Assembly (NCBI GenBank): GCA_963846575.1
Contig: CAWJWJ010000002.1
Location: forward strand, 2,688,001-2,752,000
DNA from: an uncultured Nitrospiraceae bacterium
GTDB lineage: Bacteria; Nitrospirota; Nitrospiria; Nitrospirales; Nitrospiraceae
Reading direction: 5' to 3'
Length of the DNA stretch: 64,000 nucleotides
Numbering within the stretch: position 1 is the stretch's first letter; the number at the start of each line of letters is the position of its first letter. The position numbers were made by a program, and so were the translations under genes. This document shows, piece by piece, positions 54,102 through 64,000 of this stretch. The notes beneath the pieces were generated by a model. That model was not told the origin of the DNA. It worked only from the letters and a program-made list of their open reading frames with translations, and searched no databases.

Positions 54102-54572
54102 CTAATCGCACATCATCTTCTCCGCCGACTGCCGTATCTCTTCGGGACTGACATCGCGGATGTGGGTGGCAACCGACCACTGATGGCCGAACGGATCTTC
54201 GAGCTTGGCGTACCGGTCCCCCCAGAACGTATCCTCCAGCGGCATCGTAATCGTCGCACCTGCCGCGACCGCCGCCTTGACGACAGCATCGACATCCTGG
54301 ACATACAAATGGATCGTGACGGCCGAGCCCTTGAGTGACTTGGGGCCGAGCTGCCCCCAGTCGGGGAATTCGTCGACCAGCATCACCGGGGAATCCCCGA
54401 TGCGGATCCGCGCATGCATCAACTTTCCGCGCGGGCCCGGCACCCGCCATAATTCCTCGGCTCCGAACGCTTGTGTGTAAAACGCGATGGCCTCGGCGGC
54501 ACCGGCACACACCAGATGCGGAGTCACCGTATGCATACCGGGTGGAATGGCTTGTATTGGTGCGGTGGGCAT
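54102..54572 (-). CDS. VOC/PhnB-like glyoxalase family protein
   Basis: TVTPHL...AIAFY..AFGA...FWGDRY...DPFGHQW. Confidence 0.9.
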   Translation of the reverse strand: MPTAPIQAIPPGMHTVTPHLVCAGAAEAIAFYTQAFGAEELWRVPGPRGKLMHARIRIGDSPVMLVDEFPDWGQLGPKSLKGSAVTIHLYVQDVDAVVKAAVAAGATITMPLEDTFWGDRYAKLEDPFGHQWSVATHIRDVSPEEIRQSAEKMMCD

Positions 54573-54702
54573 GGTCGGGTCTCCTTGTTGATTGTGAAAT
54601 CATGAAGTTCAGCGTCGGTCCCTTCACAAGACCTACTGCCGTCCCGGCGAAGGGGCCCTCGAAGGTATGGCAACGAATCACTTCGCTTGCCACATGAGGT
54701 CG

Positions 54703-55116
54703 TCAACCGTCAGGCTGCTTTCCGTTCTTCTGCGGGATGCGGTGGCAGATCTCGAGGCGATTTCCGCAGGGGTCCTCAAAAAACAGCGCGTAATAACCAG
54801 GGCCCTCATCGTATCCGGGACCTTCGATATTCCGACCGCCGGCGCGGCGTACGACTCCCGCAAGTCGATCCACTTCGCTCGTGCTGTCCGCCCAAAACGC
54901 AACGCGCGTCCCATTGGGAACGTGATCCGGGGATTCCGTAATACCGAAGAACTCGGCCACACCCGCTTGGACCTCCGCTTCCAATTGATACCAGGTATCA
55001 TCGCTCACGTCCTTGGTAAACCCGAGAGCTGGCAACAGCAGCTGGTAGAATGGCCGCGCGGAAGCCAGACTCGTCACACGCAGATCTATGTGATCAAACT
55101 GTCGTTGAATCGTCAT
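54703..55116 (-). CDS. VOC family protein
   Basis: FDHIDLRV...YYALFFEDPCGNRLEI. Confidence 0.9.
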   Translation of the reverse strand: MTIQRQFDHIDLRVTSLASARPFYQLLLPALGFTKDVSDDTWYQLEAEVQAGVAEFFGITESPDHVPNGTRVAFWADSTSEVDRLAGVVRRAGGRNIEGPGYDEGPGYYALFFEDPCGNRLEICHRIPQKNGKQPDG

Positions 55117-55354
55117 GACACCCTCCGGTATGGAGCCCGGGTTAGATTAAAGGTCGCAGCGGGAACCGATACCGGGCCTCCGGCCTGTCGCCTGGTACAC
55201 GTTGTTGGGCCGGATGAGGAGTATTGGTTGTCATGATCGTCTCACATGCGTCCTGGCTGGACCAGCAGCCGGTCCTAAGTCCATCACATTCAGGTTGAAG
55301 CGCCGGATAATCTGCACATACACCGAGGTCACTGTCCCCTGCCGCATGAGGTTG

Positions 55355-55651
55355 TTAGCCTCCCGCCATAGCCCCTACGATCAACAATGGCTCGGCGCCG
55401 TTCGCGACCGCCTCAGGGAGCGGCGCGTCCGGCCCCTCATGCGACAGGTCCTGCTCGCAGGCAAAAAACCGCACGAACGGTCGTCGCCGTTGTGTGACGT
55501 GGTCGCGGATCGTGCCCCGCAGCATCGGATAGCGGCCCTCCAGCGCGTCGAGCACTGCGCGCGTCGTGACGGGAGAGTCTACCTCCAATGCCACCTCACC
55601 GCTGATACGTGCCAACGTCCGCAAGTGCGCCGGCAGAACGACCCGGATCAT
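55355..55651 (-). CDS. MoaD/ThiS ubiquitin-like protein
   Basis: Beta-grasp pattern; C-terminal AMAGG. Confidence 0.88.
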   Translation of the reverse strand: MIRVVLPAHLRTLARISGEVALEVDSPVTTRAVLDALEGRYPMLRGTIRDHVTQRRRPFVRFFACEQDLSHEGPDAPLPEAVANGAEPLLIVGAMAGG

Positions 55652-55781
55652 GTTGCCTCCGTTGATGTTATCTCGCGGGCACAGCCAATCAACTTTGGGC
55701 TCCCGTCTCCCGTGATCCTGCGACTGTTCCAAAAGCCACAGCGACCGGGGCGGCAACTGCAAGACTATCTTCAGCGGCCGG

Positions 55782-56963
55782 CTACAACGTCTGTACCTCG
55801 ACCGACAACACAGCCGGAAGATCCCGGACTATGGGATTCCAACTCTCCCCCGCATCGGCCGACACATAGACCTGCCCGCCGGTGGTCCCAACGTAAAGAC
55901 CGCAGGGATCAAGCGAGTCGGTGGCCATGGCATCGCGCAGGACATTGACGTAGCAATCCTGTTGCGGCAGGCCCTTCGTGAGTGCCTCCCACTCGTTCCC
56001 GCCGGTGCGGCTGCGATAGACCCGCAATTTCCCGTCGGGGGGGTAATGCTCCGAGTCGCTCTTGATCGGCACGACGTAGATCGTCTCCGGTTCATGCGCA
56101 TGCACCGCGATCGGAAATCCGAAATCGCTCGGCAGGTTGCCGCTGATCTCATGCCAGGAATCTCCGGCATCGTCGCTGCGAAGGACATCCCAATGTTTCT
56201 GCATGAACAACACGTTCGGACGCGACGGATGCATGGCGATGCTGTGCACACAGTGGCCGACTTCCGCATCCGGATCCGGCAGCTCAAACTGCGACTTGAG
56301 GCCGCGGTTGATGGGTTTCCAGGTCTTGCCGGCATCGTCGGTCCGGAAAGCGCCCGCGGCAGAGATGGCAAGAAACATGCGATCGGGCCGGCTTCGATCC
56401 AACAGGATCGTGTGCAGACACATCCCGCCGGCGCCCGGTTGCCAGAGATGCCCCTTCGCGCTACGCAGGCCTGGCAGCTCCTTCCAGGTTTTTCCCCCAT
56501 CCGACGATCTGAACATCGCCGCATCTTCCACTCCGGCGTAGACCGTGTCCGGATCGGTCAACGATGGCTCAAGATGCCAGACCCGTTTGAACTCCCATGG
56601 ACGCTGCGTGCCGTCGTAATGTTGATGGGTGGTGAGCGGCCTGCCTGTTTCCTCGGACGCGTCATAGACGAACATGTTGCTCTCGCCTGTCGGCGTCCCG
56701 TCCGTTCCCATCAAATCTTCCGGCTTGGTCCCGGGCGGGTGCCAGGTTTTCCCGCCGTCATCCGAACGCTGAATCACCTGACCGAACCAACTGCTGGTTT
56801 GCGAAGCATAGACCCGGTTCGGATCGGCGGGAGATCCCTTGAGATGGTAGAGCTCCCAGCCGGCGAAATGGGGACCATCGACGGTCCAGTGCTTGCGCGT
56901 GCCATCCGCAGTCAAAATGAACGCCCCCTTGCGTGTCCCGACCAATACGCGTATCGCACTCAT
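55782..56963 (-). CDS. BNR/Asp-box beta-propeller (sialidase-like) protein
   Basis: Repeated SxDGGxTW motifs. Confidence 0.88.
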   Translation of the reverse strand: MSAIRVLVGTRKGAFILTADGTRKHWTVDGPHFAGWELYHLKGSPADPNRVYASQTSSWFGQVIQRSDDGGKTWHPPGTKPEDLMGTDGTPTGESNMFVYDASEETGRPLTTHQHYDGTQRPWEFKRVWHLEPSLTDPDTVYAGVEDAAMFRSSDGGKTWKELPGLRSAKGHLWQPGAGGMCLHTILLDRSRPDRMFLAISAAGAFRTDDAGKTWKPINRGLKSQFELPDPDAEVGHCVHSIAMHPSRPNVLFMQKHWDVLRSDDAGDSWHEISGNLPSDFGFPIAVHAHEPETIYVVPIKSDSEHYPPDGKLRVYRSRTGGNEWEALTKGLPQQDCYVNVLRDAMATDSLDPCGLYVGTTGGQVYVSADAGESWNPIVRDLPAVLSVEVQTL

Positions 56964-57043
56964 TCCTTCCTCCTTCGTTCGATTCGTCCCGCCCATAGCG
57001 TTGGCGTCATGCGCCGGCGGTGCCCGGGGTGCACGGTCAAGCC

Positions 57044-57445
57044 CTACGGCACCGCACCTTCACCCATCGACACCAGCTCCCACATGTGGCCGTCGAGATC
57101 CTGGAATCCATGGCCGTACATGAAGCCGTGGTCTTTTGGATCGCTGAACGTGGTGCCGCCGGCCGCCACCGCCTCACGCACCATGTCGTCGACCTGTCCC
57201 CGGCTGTCGAGGGAGAGACAGATCAGAACTTCGGTACTCTTCGTCGCGTCACAAATGTGCTTGGGGGTAAACGACTGAAACTTGTCCCGGGTCAGGAGCA
57301 TCACGAAGATGTCATCGGTCACGACCATGCAGGTGGCGGTCTCGTCGCTGAACTGCGGATTGAACGTAAAGCCGAGGGCGGTAAAGAACCGGATGGATTG
57401 TTCGAGGTCCTGAACCGGAAGGTTCACGAAGATCTTGGTAGCCAT
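57044..57445 (-). CDS. VOC/glyoxalase family protein
   Basis: IFVNLPV...FFTALGF...[10 protein letters not shown]. Confidence 0.9.
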   Translation of the reverse strand: MATKIFVNLPVQDLEQSIRFFTALGFTFNPQFSDETATCMVVTDDIFVMLLTRDKFQSFTPKHICDATKSTEVLICLSLDSRGQVDDMVREAVAAGGTTFSDPKDHGFMYGHGFQDLDGHMWELVSMGEGAVP

Positions 57446-57504
57446 GGAATATCCTGTTCTGAAACCGCGCTCCCCCGCAGAGGGGAAGACTGTTTCTGTA
57501 TGAC

Positions 57505-57532
57505 TAGTCGCATAGGTCACTGGAAATCGACA
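57505..57532 (-). promoter_or_regulatory. ECF42-type promoter
   Basis: TGTCGA-N16-CGACTA. Confidence 0.7.
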
Positions 57533-57561
57533 GGCCCCGCCGCCCCGGATGTCTCAAATTG

Positions 57562-58050
57562 TCATCGCGATTGCCCATAGGCTCGCCTGATAGCCCCCAG
57601 GTCTGGTTTGGTCATCTGAAGAATCACCTGCATGACCGCCTCCGATTTCTTCGGGTCTTTGTCCCGCAACATCTCCTCCCACGCAGGGTGGACGAGTTGC
57701 CATGACAATCCATATTTGTCCTTCAACCAGCCGCACCGGCCCTCTTCTCCCCCCCGGGAGAGCCTGCTCCACATGTGATCGATCTCTTCCTGGGTGTCAC
57801 ACGTCACCATGAAAGAAACCGCTTCGGTGAACGTGAAAGCAGGCCCGCCGTTTAACGCCACGAATTCCTGCCCGTCGATGGTAAATGACACGGTCAGCAC
57901 CGACCCCTTCGGTCTGCCGGAGACCTCGGCCCCTGCCTCGCCGTAGCGGGTCAGGTTCCCGAGTGTGGAGTTCTTGAACACCGACACGTAAAACGTGGCC
58001 GCTTCCTCGGCCTGGTCCTCAAACCACAGACAGGGGGTGATCTTCTGCAT
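57562..58050 (-). CDS. VOC/PhnB (3-dmu-9_3-mt) family protein
   Basis: KITPCLWF, LNGGP, CGWLKDKYGLSWQ. Confidence 0.9.
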   Translation of the reverse strand: MQKITPCLWFEDQAEEAATFYVSVFKNSTLGNLTRYGEAGAEVSGRPKGSVLTVSFTIDGQEFVALNGGPAFTFTEAVSFMVTCDTQEEIDHMWSRLSRGGEEGRCGWLKDKYGLSWQLVHPAWEEMLRDKDPKKSEAVMQVILQMTKPDLGAIRRAYGQSR

Positions 58051-58107
58051 CTGGTCTCCTTTCAGAGGCGATATGCCGCGCTCCGGCATCGCGTCAACAC
58101 GCAAGGG

Positions 58108-58803
58108 CTACGTATATCGATCATGGTGCCGAACCCAGTCCATGGTCGAATCGGGATGCTCGTCCCTCCCCCGGCACGCCAGGTCCAGCCAGTTGTAGGC
58201 GCTATTCAACAGGTCGAGGCCCCGGCCATAGGTCGAGTAGGTGTGAAACACCTCGTCATCGCGACGGCAAAAAAAGCTTGCTCCGGGCATTTCATCGCTC
58301 AGGTAGGGCCCGACTCTATAATTGTAGGTGGCCTGCCCTGTCCGTTCATCCTCGTCCGAAAAGGACACCCCGAAATCCACGTTGAAGTCGGACTCGAGCG
58401 ACGACACCCATGGAAAGGCCCATCCCATCCGCCGTTTAAACTGGTCGAGTTTGGAAAGGGGCGCCCGCGACACCACGACGAAGGCCAGGTCACGGTGGGC
58501 CAGATGAACAGGTATCCCCTGAAAGCCGTCGGCCCAAAACGAGCAGCTTTTGCAGCCCTGCTCCCAATCGGGCCCGAACATGAAATGATAGATCGCGAGC
58601 TGCGACCGCCCCTCAAACAGGTCGATGAGCCGCAGCGTTCCATCGGGGCCGCTGAACAGATAGTCCTTCTCCACCCTATGCCAGGGTAGGGCACGGATCT
58701 CAGCCGTCAGCCGGTCCCGCTGCCTGGTAAACGCCTTCTCCCGCTCGAGCAGGTCCTTGCGCGCCTTGATCCATTCGTCCGGGGATACGATGTGCTGTGG
58801 CAT
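58108..58803 (-). CDS. DUF899 thioredoxin-like protein
   Basis: LFEGRSQL.IYHFMF...CKSCS...HTYSTYGRG. Confidence 0.9.
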   Translation of the reverse strand: MPQHIVSPDEWIKARKDLLEREKAFTRQRDRLTAEIRALPWHRVEKDYLFSGPDGTLRLIDLFEGRSQLAIYHFMFGPDWEQGCKSCSFWADGFQGIPVHLAHRDLAFVVVSRAPLSKLDQFKRRMGWAFPWVSSLESDFNVDFGVSFSDEDERTGQATYNYRVGPYLSDEMPGASFFCRRDDEVFHTYSTYGRGLDLLNSAYNWLDLACRGRDEHPDSTMDWVRHHDRYT

Positions 58804-58907
58804 GGCAGCCCTCCAGGTTGAGGATGGAAACGGTCGGCGCGAGTCCGGCCGGGGCCTGCCGGCACCCGCCGGGCGGAACAGGGTCCGGTCTTCGGATCAC
58901 CCTTCGT

Positions 58908-59273
58908 TTACTCATTCGGCAACCCCGCGATCTCCCTGACCGGTCGAACCTCCACCGTTCCGATGCGCGCGCCCGGAACCAGAGCGGCGATGGCAGTCGC
59001 CTCCTCAAGATCCTTGGCATGGATCAGGAAGTATCCGGCGAGTTGCTCCTTCGTTTCAATGAAGGGACCATCGGTCACGGATCGCTGGCCGTCCCGCACG
59101 CGCACCACCCTTGCCGTGCCGGCCGGATGCAGGGGGGACGCACTGACATACTGGCCCGTCGCGTGGAGCCGGTGCGTGAGCTCCACAGATTCCTTCAGCA
59201 ACTCCTTCCGGGTGGCCTCACTCATGTTGGCGAAGGCCCCTTCATCATGATGAACCATCAACAGAAACGTCAT
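58908..59273 (-). CDS. YciI/DGPF domain protein
   Basis: TDGPFIETKEQLAGY. Confidence 0.9.
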   Translation of the reverse strand: MTFLLMVHHDEGAFANMSEATRKELLKESVELTHRLHATGQYVSASPLHPAGTARVVRVRDGQRSVTDGPFIETKEQLAGYFLIHAKDLEEATAIAALVPGARIGTVEVRPVREIAGLPNE

Positions 59274-59297
59274 GCGACCACCTCCCCGGCTATGTGT

Positions 59298-59325
59298 TCG
59301 TCGCTCGACCTGTCCACAATCGACA
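59298..59325 (-). promoter_or_regulatory. ECF42-type promoter
   Basis: TGTCGA-N16-CGACGA. Confidence 0.65.
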
Positions 59326-59417
59326 GGGCCCCCGCTGCCGCCCTGTTCCGTCGATCACCGGCAGCTGTCCTCTCGCCCCCGGCGCTCGCCGGACGGGATG
59401 TTCCGCTTCAGACGGCT

Positions 59418-59771
59418 CTACGTCGGCATCCCTGTGAGGTCGATCACCGGCCTGACCTCGACCGTGCCCCATCGCGCGGGGGGAATCCGCGCCGCAATGG
59501 CGATCGCCTCGTCGAGATTCTTGGCATCGATGAGGAAGTAGCCGCCCAGCTGTTCCCTCGTCTCGGCAAACGGACCATCGATCACGAGCCGCTTTCCGTC
59601 GCGCATGCGGACGCTGGTGGCCATCGAGGTCGGGTGCAGCGGATCGGCGGCCAGGTAGTGGCCGTTCGCCTTGAGATCGTGGGCGACCTGCTTCGACTCC
59701 TCGTAGCAGTCCTGACGCGCCTGTTCTTCCAGCGCCTTCTCATCCGCATAAATGAGCAGCATATATTTCAT
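59418..59771 (-). CDS. YciI/DGPF domain protein
   Basis: IDGPFAETREQLGGY. Confidence 0.9.
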   Translation of the reverse strand: MKYMLLIYADEKALEEQARQDCYEESKQVAHDLKANGHYLAADPLHPTSMATSVRMRDGKRLVIDGPFAETREQLGGYFLIDAKNLDEAIAIAARIPPARWGTVEVRPVIDLTGMPT

Positions 59772-59807
59772 CTGCACGCCTCCTTCGTGTGGCCGATTGA
59801 TATGAGA

Positions 59808-59835
59808 TAGTCGTCGCGCCGCCTTGAAATCGACA
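59808..59835 (-). promoter_or_regulatory. ECF42-type promoter
   Basis: TGTCGA-N16-CGACTA. Confidence 0.7.
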
Positions 59836-60113
59836 TCCGTACTCCTGGAATAATTTCAACCTCTTACATCCCGCAAGCCCAGAACCGCCCGGTGCACGGC
59901 CACCCTCCTGGACCTGACGAGGGCTGCCGGGGCCTGATGAGGAATGGATTCCACAACGGCCCTGCTCGAGTTTTGTCGGTGGTCCTATGTTTGGTTCTGT
60001 CCTCCGAACCATCGCGTGGTGCGGGGAGTGACAAATAAAAAAGAGTGGGCCATGGTGTCAGGGACAGGAGCGCGAGCAGGCGCGATCGTCGAGCAGATGG
60101 GGAGCCAAAGGCG

Positions 60114-60263
60114 TTAATGACGCTTGAAGTACTGCACCGCACGCTCATGGTCCTTGGCAGCCTGGAGACTGTCGAAGGTGCCAAGGTTTCTCCGCCTGCC
60201 CGTCTTTGGATCGGGGTTACGCGAGTAGAGCCGGTATCTGCCGGAACCCAACTTTCGAATCAT
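60114..60263 (-). CDS. Small basic hypothetical protein
   Basis: MIRKLGSGRYRLYSR...RRNLGTF...HERAVQYFK; RBS ggagg. Confidence 0.75.
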   Translation of the reverse strand: MIRKLGSGRYRLYSRNPDPKTGRRRNLGTFDSLQAAKDHERAVQYFKRH

Positions 60264-60553
60264 GGCGGCCTCCGGTTCATGGTTCAACGGGCGAGTCCTG
60301 TGACAGTTCACCGTACCACCAGGAACATCGGCTTGAACTAGGTCCGTCCCTAGCCGCATCATTCCCCGATCGCTGAAACGTCGGCATCCGCGGGGCGACC
60401 AGGAGTTTTTCCCAGTGGCCCCTCAACCTCGAATGGACTTATCGTCAGAGCATGGGCGGCCATCCAGCCCTGCTGGAAGCATGGTTGCCGTACCCCTGCG
60501 GGACCCTGGCGCCCGCAATGGCAGAAGACAACGACCGCGTTCCACAAAGATCC

Positions 60554-61147
60554 ATGTTGTTCCGGAAACAGGTCCTGGAAGGGATCAGGAGAGGTAGAGT
60601 CACGCTTGCGTTCCGGCGCTGGCGACGGCCCTCAGTGCGTGAACGAGGCACCTTGCTGACCCCCGCGGGCAAACTCGACATCGGATCAATCTCTCTCGTG
60701 AAGCCCGACCGCATCTCAACGGCCGATGCACGACGCGCCGGATACGATTCCCGGGCTGCGCTGCTGACGGACCTGAGGCGTCGTCCACAGGGGCAATGGT
60801 ATCGCATCGAACTCGGCCCGCTACGGCCCGATCCGCGTCTCTCGGCCCGCACACGTCCGGTTAAAACGCCTGAGGACTTACAGGATCTCCGCATACGTCT
60901 ACGGAGGATGGACGATCGAGCCGCGGCGGGCCCCTGGACGCTCCGAACGCTCCGGGTCATTCAACGGCATCCCGGGGTTCGGGCGGGCGATCTCTGTCTC
61001 ATGCTCGGCCAGGACAAAAAACCCTTCAAACTAAACGTCCGAAAACTGAAGAAGCTGGGCCTGACTGAAAGTTTGGAGACGGGGTATCGACTATCGCTTC
61101 GTGGACGGTCCTTACTAAGAAAACTACGCGCGGCTTCCCTCGACTGA
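60554..61147 (+). CDS. ASCH-like domain protein with C-terminal HTH
   Basis: GRVTLAFRRWRRP...DARRAGY...FKLNVRKLKKLGLTESL. Confidence 0.7.
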   Translation: MLFRKQVLEGIRRGRVTLAFRRWRRPSVRERGTLLTPAGKLDIGSISLVKPDRISTADARRAGYDSRAALLTDLRRRPQGQWYRIELGPLRPDPRLSARTRPVKTPEDLQDLRIRLRRMDDRAAAGPWTLRTLRVIQRHPGVRAGDLCLMLGQDKKPFKLNVRKLKKLGLTESLETGYRLSLRGRSLLRKLRAASLD

Positions 61148-61600
61148 CGATCCAGGGGCATCAGCCGACCACGATGCGAATGAGGGCCTTTCCAGATCGC
61201 GAAGCCTCCCGGTACCACGCCAGTCGTCCACGGAGCGTTGCGTTGCGCAGATCGCCAGCCGCACGGTGAGGTCAAGCGATGTGCGCCGATGCGGTTGATC
61301 ATGTGGAACAGCTGGCTCCAGGGTATCTCCCAGTTGGAGCCTCTGCCGCGATCTGACAGAGTGAGCCATGCGTACACACTATACTTCCTCGCTAACCCCG
61401 AGCCCGAATCCCAGGCCCAGCCCACCGACCCCGGGGCCCCTTCCCCATCCTCAGCCGCCCCTGCCCAACCCTAATCCTCTGGATCCTCCTAACCCGCCCA
61501 CGCATCCGCCGACTCCGCAATTCAGGCCCTAACAAGTCGCTGCCCTGACCAGGGAAACGCCTAGCTGTAGAGGCACCCCTCCCGTACGCTAGACTGAGCT

Positions 61601-61990
61601 ATGTGGACTCGATGCATCCTCGGACTTGCCGGTGCGTTGTTATCCGGTCTCGTGCTGGCGACATCCGGGTGGGCTCAAACTCCGCCGGGTACTTCGCAGC
61701 CACAGGCTCAACCTCCCGGAGCGATTTCGCCGATTCAGCCTTCGTCTGCGCCGACAAGCGGGCTTCCCGCCAATATCATCACTCCATCTTCCACCTCACA
61801 GCTGGCCCCCAATAGCGGTCCGCGCTCTGCTCCTGCGCCCTTCACCAGTGCTGGACGAGGGTTGCCGGGGATGCAGGGCGGTCCTCCGGTGAATGCGCCG
61901 CTCGGTGCGCAGGATCCATCGAGAGGTTATATGCAGCCACCGACTGTCGGACCGCTGTTCTGTGATCCGGCCCTCAACATTCAATGTTGA
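61601..61990 (+). CDS. Pro-rich secreted protein
   Basis: Signal peptide; low complexity; C-terminal Cys pair. Confidence 0.65.
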   Translation: MWTRCILGLAGALLSGLVLATSGWAQTPPGTSQPQAQPPGAISPIQPSSAPTSGLPANIITPSSTSQLAPNSGPRSAPAPFTSAGRGLPGMQGGPPVNAPLGAQDPSRGYMQPPTVGPLFCDPALNIQC

Positions 61991-62420
61991 GCGGTCTCTC
62001 CGCATTCCTACGAACACCCTGGTCTCTCTGCCGGCTCCAGCACTCTATCTGTTGAGTGACGCTCCGTAGCGCAAAAAGCACCCGATCGCCGCCATCTTCG
62101 CGACGCACCATGTCGGATGAAGGCAAGTGGGGAAGGTCAACGAGCGACAGGGGCAGTCCTACACCTGTGCCCCTGCGGAACTACCACGAACCGGCAGCAA
62201 GGACCCGGCTCTTCAGTGATGATGCAGACTACGTCGATCGGGCCGGTGGTGGTGGAGTGGAGCGGCGAATATTTCTGGACATGGCGCTCTCATGAGCCGC
62301 TGGAAGGGCAGCAGCGAAGAACGACTGACGTGTGGAGGTCGAACGGAGCCATGGGCGACCTGTTGATGCTCGAGCGATCGCCCCCCTCGCCTGTAGGCGG
62401 GGTCTGACTAACGGCTCTCG

Positions 62421-62777
62421 CTAGGAGTGTTCAAACATTCGATGGACCACCGCCCCAAGAAAGGCCCCGACGAATAACGCGATCTCGGACGAGGCGATCA
62501 GTATCGTGACGGCGGTGCCGGCGAGGAATCCGATGACGGGCAAACCCACCAGGCTCAGCAGCGCCCACAGGCCGACTGCGACGATTAACGCCGGAAGAAG
62601 CGCCGCGGTCAAGGCTCGTCCAACCGAACCGATCATATAGCCTCCCACCAGGCCGGCAATGAGACCATTGATGCCCGGCAGAAAAAAGAGCACCAGGCTG
62701 AGGACGACCATCCACACGGCTCCAGCGAGGGTGCCCGTATGGGAGTGCGGGTCTGTGACTGCGGATAGGTCTGACAT
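62421..62777 (-). CDS. Small multi-TM membrane protein
   Basis: LFFLPGINGLIAGLVGG. Confidence 0.75.
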   Translation of the reverse strand: MSDLSAVTDPHSHTGTLAGAVWMVVLSLVLFFLPGINGLIAGLVGGYMIGSVGRALTAALLPALIVAVGLWALLSLVGLPVIGFLAGTAVTILIASSEIALFVGAFLGAVVHRMFEHS

Positions 62778-63022
62778 GGGATCCTTTCGGCAACCCGGAC
62801 ATCACGGTCCGGAGGCGGGGCATTGGTTCATTCACTTACCATGCGCCATGCACGGTATTCCAGCATGAGGGGCCAAGTACAGTGGTCCTCGCCGACTCTT
62901 ATGCATGCTCAACGAGTCGCTTCGTGATTGGGACCTGACAGGAAGTGAAGACTTCAGGACCATGCCAGGGCCTGCCCGGCATGGCCCCCGACCATCTGTG
63001 CGCCTCTCTTGTCGGCCCTCCG

Positions 63023-63730
63023 TCAAGCCGACTGGCTGCCCGCGGAGGAAGCAAACCGGGTCAGGACGGTCCAGACCGCATGGCCGAGACGATCGGCAGC
63101 CAGGTGGCTATGTTTGGCAAGGCGAGCCGCAAGGGGCCAGGTCGATGGACGAGTCAGTACGCGCAGGGCGATTCGGGGAATGTGAATGATGTCGAACCCG
63201 CCCAACACCGGCGAAAGATCGTCCTCGATGCCGTCTGACACGGCTTTGAGCGCGAGACAGGCAATGCCGCGTTCTTTGCACAGGGCCGCGATGGTTTGGC
63301 TTTCCATATCGACCCCGATGGCGTTCGTCGTCGCAGCCAGTTTTCGGCGCGCCGCGGACGTGAGCACCGGTTGCGACACGGTCACTAAAGACCCGACATG
63401 AAATCGAATCGACGTGGTGCTCAGGGCCTCGGCGGCCGTGGCGGCTAACGAGGGGTCATGCGACTGCACGAGCACATCGCCAATGGACAAGTGCGGTTGG
63501 AGGGCCCCGGCCAGCCCGCTGCTGATCATCAAGTCCGGCTTCACCTCGTCGAGAAAGCGATCCACCCGCTGCTTCGCGACGGCAGGAACCATTCCTGAGA
63601 GGCAGAGCCGTATATCGTGCTGTTGCAAGGTCGCCCCCCAGAGATGCGCGGCAGATAGCCGTGTCAACTTCAACTGCCGGCACACCTCCCGAACTTCCCA
63701 CTTCACTTCCGCCACCAATCCTATTCTCAT
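63023..63730 (-). CDS. Nucleoside phosphorylase family protein (HpnG-like)
   Basis: SSGLAGAL, GVDMES, KAVSD; translationally coupled to the hpnA-like gene. Confidence 0.8.
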   Translation of the reverse strand: MRIGLVAEVKWEVREVCRQLKLTRLSAAHLWGATLQQHDIRLCLSGMVPAVAKQRVDRFLDEVKPDLMISSGLAGALQPHLSIGDVLVQSHDPSLAATAAEALSTTSIRFHVGSLVTVSQPVLTSAARRKLAATTNAIGVDMESQTIAALCKERGIACLALKAVSDGIEDDLSPVLGGFDIIHIPRIALRVLTRPSTWPLAARLAKHSHLAADRLGHAVWTVLTRFASSAGSQSA

Positions 63731-64000
63731 CTGGATCCTCCTCCGGAGACGTAACCATGCGCCCGATACCAGTGGACGGCTTCGGCGACCGCGCTTCGAA
63801 TGTCTGTTTGCGGCAACCCGAGTTCCTGCACCGCTTTGCTTGCGTCGAATCGCATGGGACTTGCCGCCATGCGGATACCTTCAAGCGCGGCTTGGGGCGG
63901 GCGCCCGCTGAGGCGTCCCCAAACTTCACCGCCAAGGCCTGCCGCATAGGCGAGTGCATAGGGGATTTTGACCCGGGGCGCGGGTCGGCCGCTGACCTCG
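63727..64000 (-). CDS. 3' end of NAD-dependent epimerase (HpnA-like), partial
   Basis: SGRPAPRVKIP...FDASKAVQELG...AVHWYRAHGY*. Confidence 0.75.
   Translation of the reverse strand, partial: EVSGRPAPRVKIPYALAYAAGLGGEVWGRLSGRPPQAALEGIRMAASPMRFDASKAVQELGLPQTDIRSAVAEAVHWYRAHGYVSGGGSR

Noticed and set aside
55962..57278. 438-aa plus-strand ORF
   Set aside because: Antisense shadow of the propeller and VOC genes.
59905..59975. Hammerhead-like CTGACGA/CTGATGA cores
   Set aside because: No GAAA after stem II and no closing stems found.
1..64000. CRISPR array, rRNA, intact IS transposase, reverse transcriptase
   Set aside because: No regularly spaced repeats or diagnostic motifs were seen by eye.

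Overview
GC-rich bacterial chromosome segment, probably Nitrospira-like (inferred from the gene families). A tRNA-Glu(TTC) on the minus strand (37467-37544) splits it in two. Left of the tRNA is a decayed, serially accreted island region. It holds a ~6.4 kb element bounded by a 15-bp direct repeat of the tRNA 3' end, carrying a broken large serine recombinase, a terminase small subunit and a PilZ-EamA fusion. Further left are two more homologous recombinase 3' remnants and ~30 kb of general-stress cargo (Hsp20s, hemerythrins, Crp, CBS, two GH13 enzymes, baeRF, VKOR, AI-2E) plus many gene relics (RtcB, ferritin-like, HtrA, SPW). Right of the tRNA are glgB, lipoproteins, a DUF2235 hydrolase, an RND efflux operon, a YciI/VOC/MoaD/beta-propeller cluster with four ECF42-type promoter motifs, and hopanoid genes. 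The most striking observation is that the att core lies inside the recombinase 3' end, so excision would swap the C-terminus from ...GVPNGI* to ...GVPNGTRQTTEQSLSFYIDLLVEAA*, an ssrA-like ending. All product calls come from motif recognition, with no database searches.
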